Assembly: GCA_965649825.1 (NCBI GenBank)
Contig: OZ287699.1
Span: 744,001 to 808,000, forward strand
DNA length: 64,000 nt
Direction: 5' to 3'
DNA from: Penicillus capitatus
Lineage: Eukaryota > Plantae > Chlorophyta
Part shown: positions 60,126-64,000 of the stretch, in pieces
How the letters are laid out: each line of letters starts with the position of its first letter
Numbering within the stretch: the stretch's first letter is position 1
Notes under the pieces: generated by a model
Told to the model about the DNA's origin: nothing
The model's database searches: none
Seen by the model: the letters and a program-made list of their open reading frames with translations, nothing else
Position numbers and translations under genes: made by a program

Positions 60126-61140
60126 AGTTAAAAGTCGCATCATCCACTGTTAATGTAAGCCTGGATGAAGCAGTGAAATCAACGGGAGCACTTGGACCAT
60201 TATCGACGATAGAAAAGCAGGTAAATGTGAAAACAGTAAAGTATGAAAACTATACATGGTTCGTCAAAGAACTTTACACATTTGGTGAAAGTATGGGTCA
60301 CGTCCAATTCGTAAAGTTTCACATCCGGTCATATATCGATGAAACAATTCGTGCATCGTGTAGGAATTCTATGTTTCTTCTTAAAGCTTTAACGACGTCC
60401 CCTGACTGATGCGGTAGTTCATTCTTCTTCATGAATTTATATCTTACGAGAATGCCTGCAATACGATAAGACGATGAGCGTCAATAAATACCCGCAGTAT
60501 AGATCGTGTCGGGCACGATTCAATTGCGATCTCCCGTCGATATTCGAGCGATCATCCACGTCGCCAACGACTTTCAAGGTCTTCTACCCATGCGAACAAG
60601 CCAACCTCTAGTTTCCCCTTCTTGCTTCAGCGATGCGACACCGCTGTCAGGTGTAAGGTAGGCTTAGATGCCTTTTGAAAAACGCCGCTATTAGGTATAA
60701 CAGAGGACACAGCAATGACCTTTCTGTCCAACTTTGCCGGGTGTTTCGACCGATTACCATTAGCACCCGTACATATGTTCAAACGTTCAGCCGATCACGG
60801 CTGCCGGAGAGCCTATCAACATCGTTGAGTCGAGTGGTAGTTGATAGCGCCTCTATGTCTCCAAGTGCCATGGTACCTCGATGCCTCGTTCGCAAGGCGG
60901 AAATCGAAGCGGTGGATGGGAAGTTCGATTGGAGGCTCCCGATGTGATGGATCGTTTCGAAGCAGCACTTCCAGATGTGACATGGTGATTCTGAGTACTT
61001 GAAGCGAGAACTGTTGTTCGTATTCGCCATTAGTTAAGTGTTACTATCGCCGCGAATTTTCTCCCGTCACTTGCTTCCCGAGCAGGGGTCCGGCCCAGAG
61101 GTCGGTCTACAGAGATACCGTGGTTTGCACTTAGTGACAC

Positions 61141-62458
61141 GTGCCTGTTGCCCTGTCTCATTTGCTTTTTTTTGGATTCAGTGGTCCCTTATTCCGTTTG
61201 GCACCGGTTGTTTCCAATCTCTCTGCCATCCGATCTCTTGCGTTTTTCTTCTTTTCTGTCCTATTCATGTGGGTCTCTTCTCATATAGTGGACGACGCCG
61301 TTGTCAAGAACCTCAGATGCACACGTGAAACATTTAATGTTCATTCGGCCATAGATAAGACAACCTCTCTCTCGTACGACAATCATGCACAACATATGGG
61401 TACATTGACAGAGGAAATCGGCATTCCGGCAGCATCGTACGAAAGAGCTCATTCTATACAGAAACAATTTCTCGGTGCGTACCGCGCAGAGTTGTCCAAA
61501 TCTCTACGGCAAGATGTCTCGTCTTTCTATATAGGCTGCCTAAAACTGGATTTGTGAGCATCGAGATAATGATGCAGCCCAACCGATTCCGGAAGCAACA
61601 TTGAGGCCTCTCTATGGCCGAAGACGTATCAAGCACGCGTTGTTGCACGACCCGAACTTATTCAGCATTTGGTAGACATGGGTTTCAACGAGGAACATGT
61701 ATGTCCGCAGTGCTATAGTTGGATACTCTACTAGTGACGTGCCACAGGCACGTGATCCTTTCGAGAGGACGTAGAATAACATGGAATTATCAGTGTCCAT
61801 ACTTTTACACCAATCTCATGTCCGTGCAAATCAGCGAGAAATACCATCGACATTGTCTCCAGCGCGTGAGAATCCTGCCGATCCAAACGATCGTAGAGAA
61901 GCCACAGGGGAAGCTTCCGTACGAACAATCATGAAACAAGATCTCGGTGAAGACGTCCTGAAGAAGAATGTGTCCATGAATATCCACCCTGTCCGTGTTC
62001 GCATCCTTTCTTCTATTGTTTCGGACGAAGAAGACGACGATGCTGTGCATTCTCCTCCAGATTTGGAGTGGACACATGTCGATACAGACGAGGCTGAAGA
62101 GATACCAGACGAGCTGCCGTCTTCCGAAGTCAATGTGAACTTCGTTGGCGATGGAGACGAAGAGATCATCGTTCGTGGGGGTGACCGCGGTCAAGCTGAC
62201 GTTGCATCTCGCGGATTCGTCGTTTGATGACGTCTGTGAGTAAGGACGACTGTATCAGGCGAACTGAATGGCGTTTTCTTGGAAGATATTGAACGAGACG
62301 TGGGTGGCGATGGAGATTCCACGAGCTCTGGGGAATTGTTTCTTCAACTGCGACGACTGTTGGAAGGATTTGGCCCAAAACTGCTGGATAGAAGATCCGA
62401 TGGAGGCGATGGAGATGCAGCTGCGTTTCTGCGAAGATTGCGTGAGCTCTTGAGTTAG
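61141..62458 (+). pseudogene. UBA-domain gene with in-frame TAG (pseudogene or readthrough candidate)
   Basis: PELIQHLVDMGFNEEH | intron 61699-61747 | ARDPFERT*NNMELSVSILL is a UBA domain with TAG at 61772-61774, followed by an acidic region and a plausible last exon ending 62458. The 5' end is unresolved. Confidence 0.6.
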
Positions 62459-63193
62459 TTGGGAAGAAGCCGTTAGCCTAAAGATCCCTATGGAGTTAGA
62501 CCTAGTAAAGAAAGGCAAGACCAAAACTGATTTCAGATAGAATGCATCGCGCCTTTGGCGTTCTTGGGGTATAGACGGTTTTAACAAACTGTTTAGACTA
62601 TACACAGTGAATTGGAGTTTTGTGGGATGCACATCGATTCAGACGTTTTGAGGATTTTCGAGAATCGATACTGAATTTGCGATATTCACATATGGAATGT
62701 AATCGGTGGTGGGTTTGTACAGAACTTCGAGAACGCATCTCCGTCCGTTGCAAGGGAGAAGCATCTATCAGCCAATGATATCAGAGTCTTCTAAGAATTA
62801 ATGCTGCCGTGATCCGAACAGGTTTAGTGTTTCGCTTTCAGAACGCTCGTTTACAAACAGCTGCATCCGTTTGACATCGCAGAATTGTTCTTCCTAGTCG
62901 ACAAGAGCCACGCCACAGTCGCTGCTGGGATCGATGGCACTGACGTTGTCATGCTCCTTAGTTAGTGGAGTGTAGGTTTTAAAAAAAGACACGCCTGGCT
63001 AGATGTTCTGCACCGTGTGGATCTGATCGGAGTAGAAGGTGACGGGAATCTTCAGACAAACTCGCCGCGGTCGCGCAAGCGCTCAGCGACGGACGGAGGA
63101 AACAACGCCGAGTCAATACAGAGACTACAGGTAGCGTGCATCGTCAGCCTTTATACCCGTGGTTGCCCGCGGCCTGACGTCACGTCGCGAAAC

Positions 63194-63325
63194 CGATCTC
63201 ATCGACTGTCGCCGTCGATCGATCCTGCCGATCTCATCGACTGTCGCCGTCGATCGATCCTGCCGATCTCATCGACTGTCGCCGTCGATCGATCCTGCCG
63301 ATCTCATCGACTGTCGCCGTCGATC
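63194..63325. repeat. Perfect 35-bp minisatellite, ~3.8 copies
   Basis: Unit CGATCTCATCGACTGTCGCCGTCGATCGATCCTGC at 63194, 63229, 63264, with a partial copy at 63299. Confidence 0.97.
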
Positions 63326-63750
63326 ATCGCTGACAGTACGATTTTCAGTTCTGTTGATCATTTGCTTGTAAATTACGCAGACAAGATTCGGATCGAGGAG
63401 TCATTGTAACATCGAGATCTTGTTTAACGATTGACTTGTCAAAAAAGCGTTGCCGAGTTCTAATCTTGCTACTCTCTGTTTAGACGAATTCTGCAACGCT
63501 GATCTGATCGAGCGCCTCTCGACGACCCCGACAACGATATCTCACGCTACTGCCAGCGTTTGTTTCAGGACCGGTAAGAGCTGAATCTCCGCTGAAGGCG
63601 GACCCGAACAGAACAAAAGTCCTGCCTGTCGCCATGACAGAAGTTTCACGCGCAGAAATCCTTCAAATGCTCGCCGACGTATTTAACACGTTTCCGGTGC
63701 GGAATCTCCCGATGAAGCAGTCGAGTAGCAACACGACAGTCACTTTAGAC
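63326..63750 (+). mobile_element. Decayed dispersed element, inverted homolog of 47300-47797
   Basis: Collinear nucleotide similarity over ~400 bp to the reverse complement of 47300-47797; stop-interrupted protein-like remnants (VLPVAMTEVSRAEILQMLADVF vs SPVVAVTNIKRSSDSL*GLANAA). Confidence 0.75.
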
Positions 63751-64000
63751 ATCGCACGATTCGTAGGCACCATCCGATTGCTGCGATCACAAGCAGCTTC
63801 AGAATCCTTTCAGATCACGATACCTCGTCCGATAGTTAGTTCCATTATTTGCTCTAAAGACAGACACAAAGCTTTCAATTCTCCCTTCACACGCAATGAC
63901 AACTCCATAGATCAGCAACTATCTACTGCGTACAAAACTGCGCATGGAATCGCCTGTCCACAGCACATAAACCTTGTCCTTTGGTTGATTAACCGACCGT

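Noticed and set aside
47798-63325. CRISPR-like arrays (31-bp and 35-bp repeats)
   Set aside because: The units are head-to-tail with no unique spacers, there are no cas genes, and the context is eukaryotic. They are minisatellites.
1-64000. Non-canonical code (TAA/TAG = Gln, as in some ulvophycean algae) explaining the in-frame stops
   Set aside because: RAD23, CHLM, POLD2, LSM7 and PSRP3 end in TAG at their expected C-termini, long exons lack in-frame TAR, and the fossils also contain TGA.
1-64000. tRNA, rRNA, snRNA genes, telomere arrays, Fanzor/TnpB or giant-virus hallmark genes
   Set aside because: No cloverleaf, spliceosomal RNA signature, TTTAGGG/TTAGGG array, RuvC-type ORF or viral core-gene motif was recognised. 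A covariance-model or HMM scan could still find weak cases.

Overview
Eukaryotic nuclear DNA from a photosynthetic green alga (nuclear psaD, chlM and PSRP3 with transit peptides). The genome is compact: about 25 genes with short (~50 nt) spliceosomal introns, standard genetic code and ~45-50% GC. The lineage cannot be fixed from sequence alone. Identifiable genes: a large secreted beta-helix/Cys-rich/multi-TM receptor-like protein, RAD23, ChlM, TAD2, a WDR62/MAPKBP1-like WD40 protein, PLAC8, a bacterial-type PP-loop ATPase, a G3BP-like protein, an atypical thioredoxin, a torsin-like ATPase, a TDBD protein, a Gbp1-like RRM protein, PsaD, RBM42, PIG-U, an RSE1/DDB1/CPSF1-family protein, SAR1, a chromodomain protein, POLD2, LSM7, RPB3, PSRP3, Argonaute, a cyclophilin and a UBA gene with an in-frame stop. 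Decayed mobile-element zones lie at 0.5-4.7, 14.7-15.7, 47.3-49 and 58.6-64 kb. The most unusual structure is a sharply bounded ~6.4 kb island of about 65-70% GC carrying a diverged RPB3, PSRP3, a small unknown gene and an Argonaute with an intact slicer tetrad. The island sits inside a ~15 kb segment bracketed by two old inverted copies of one element, and each copy has independently grown a perfect minisatellite at the homologous position. Exon boundaries and alignments were read by eye and are approximate. No CRISPR, tRNA or rRNA was found.
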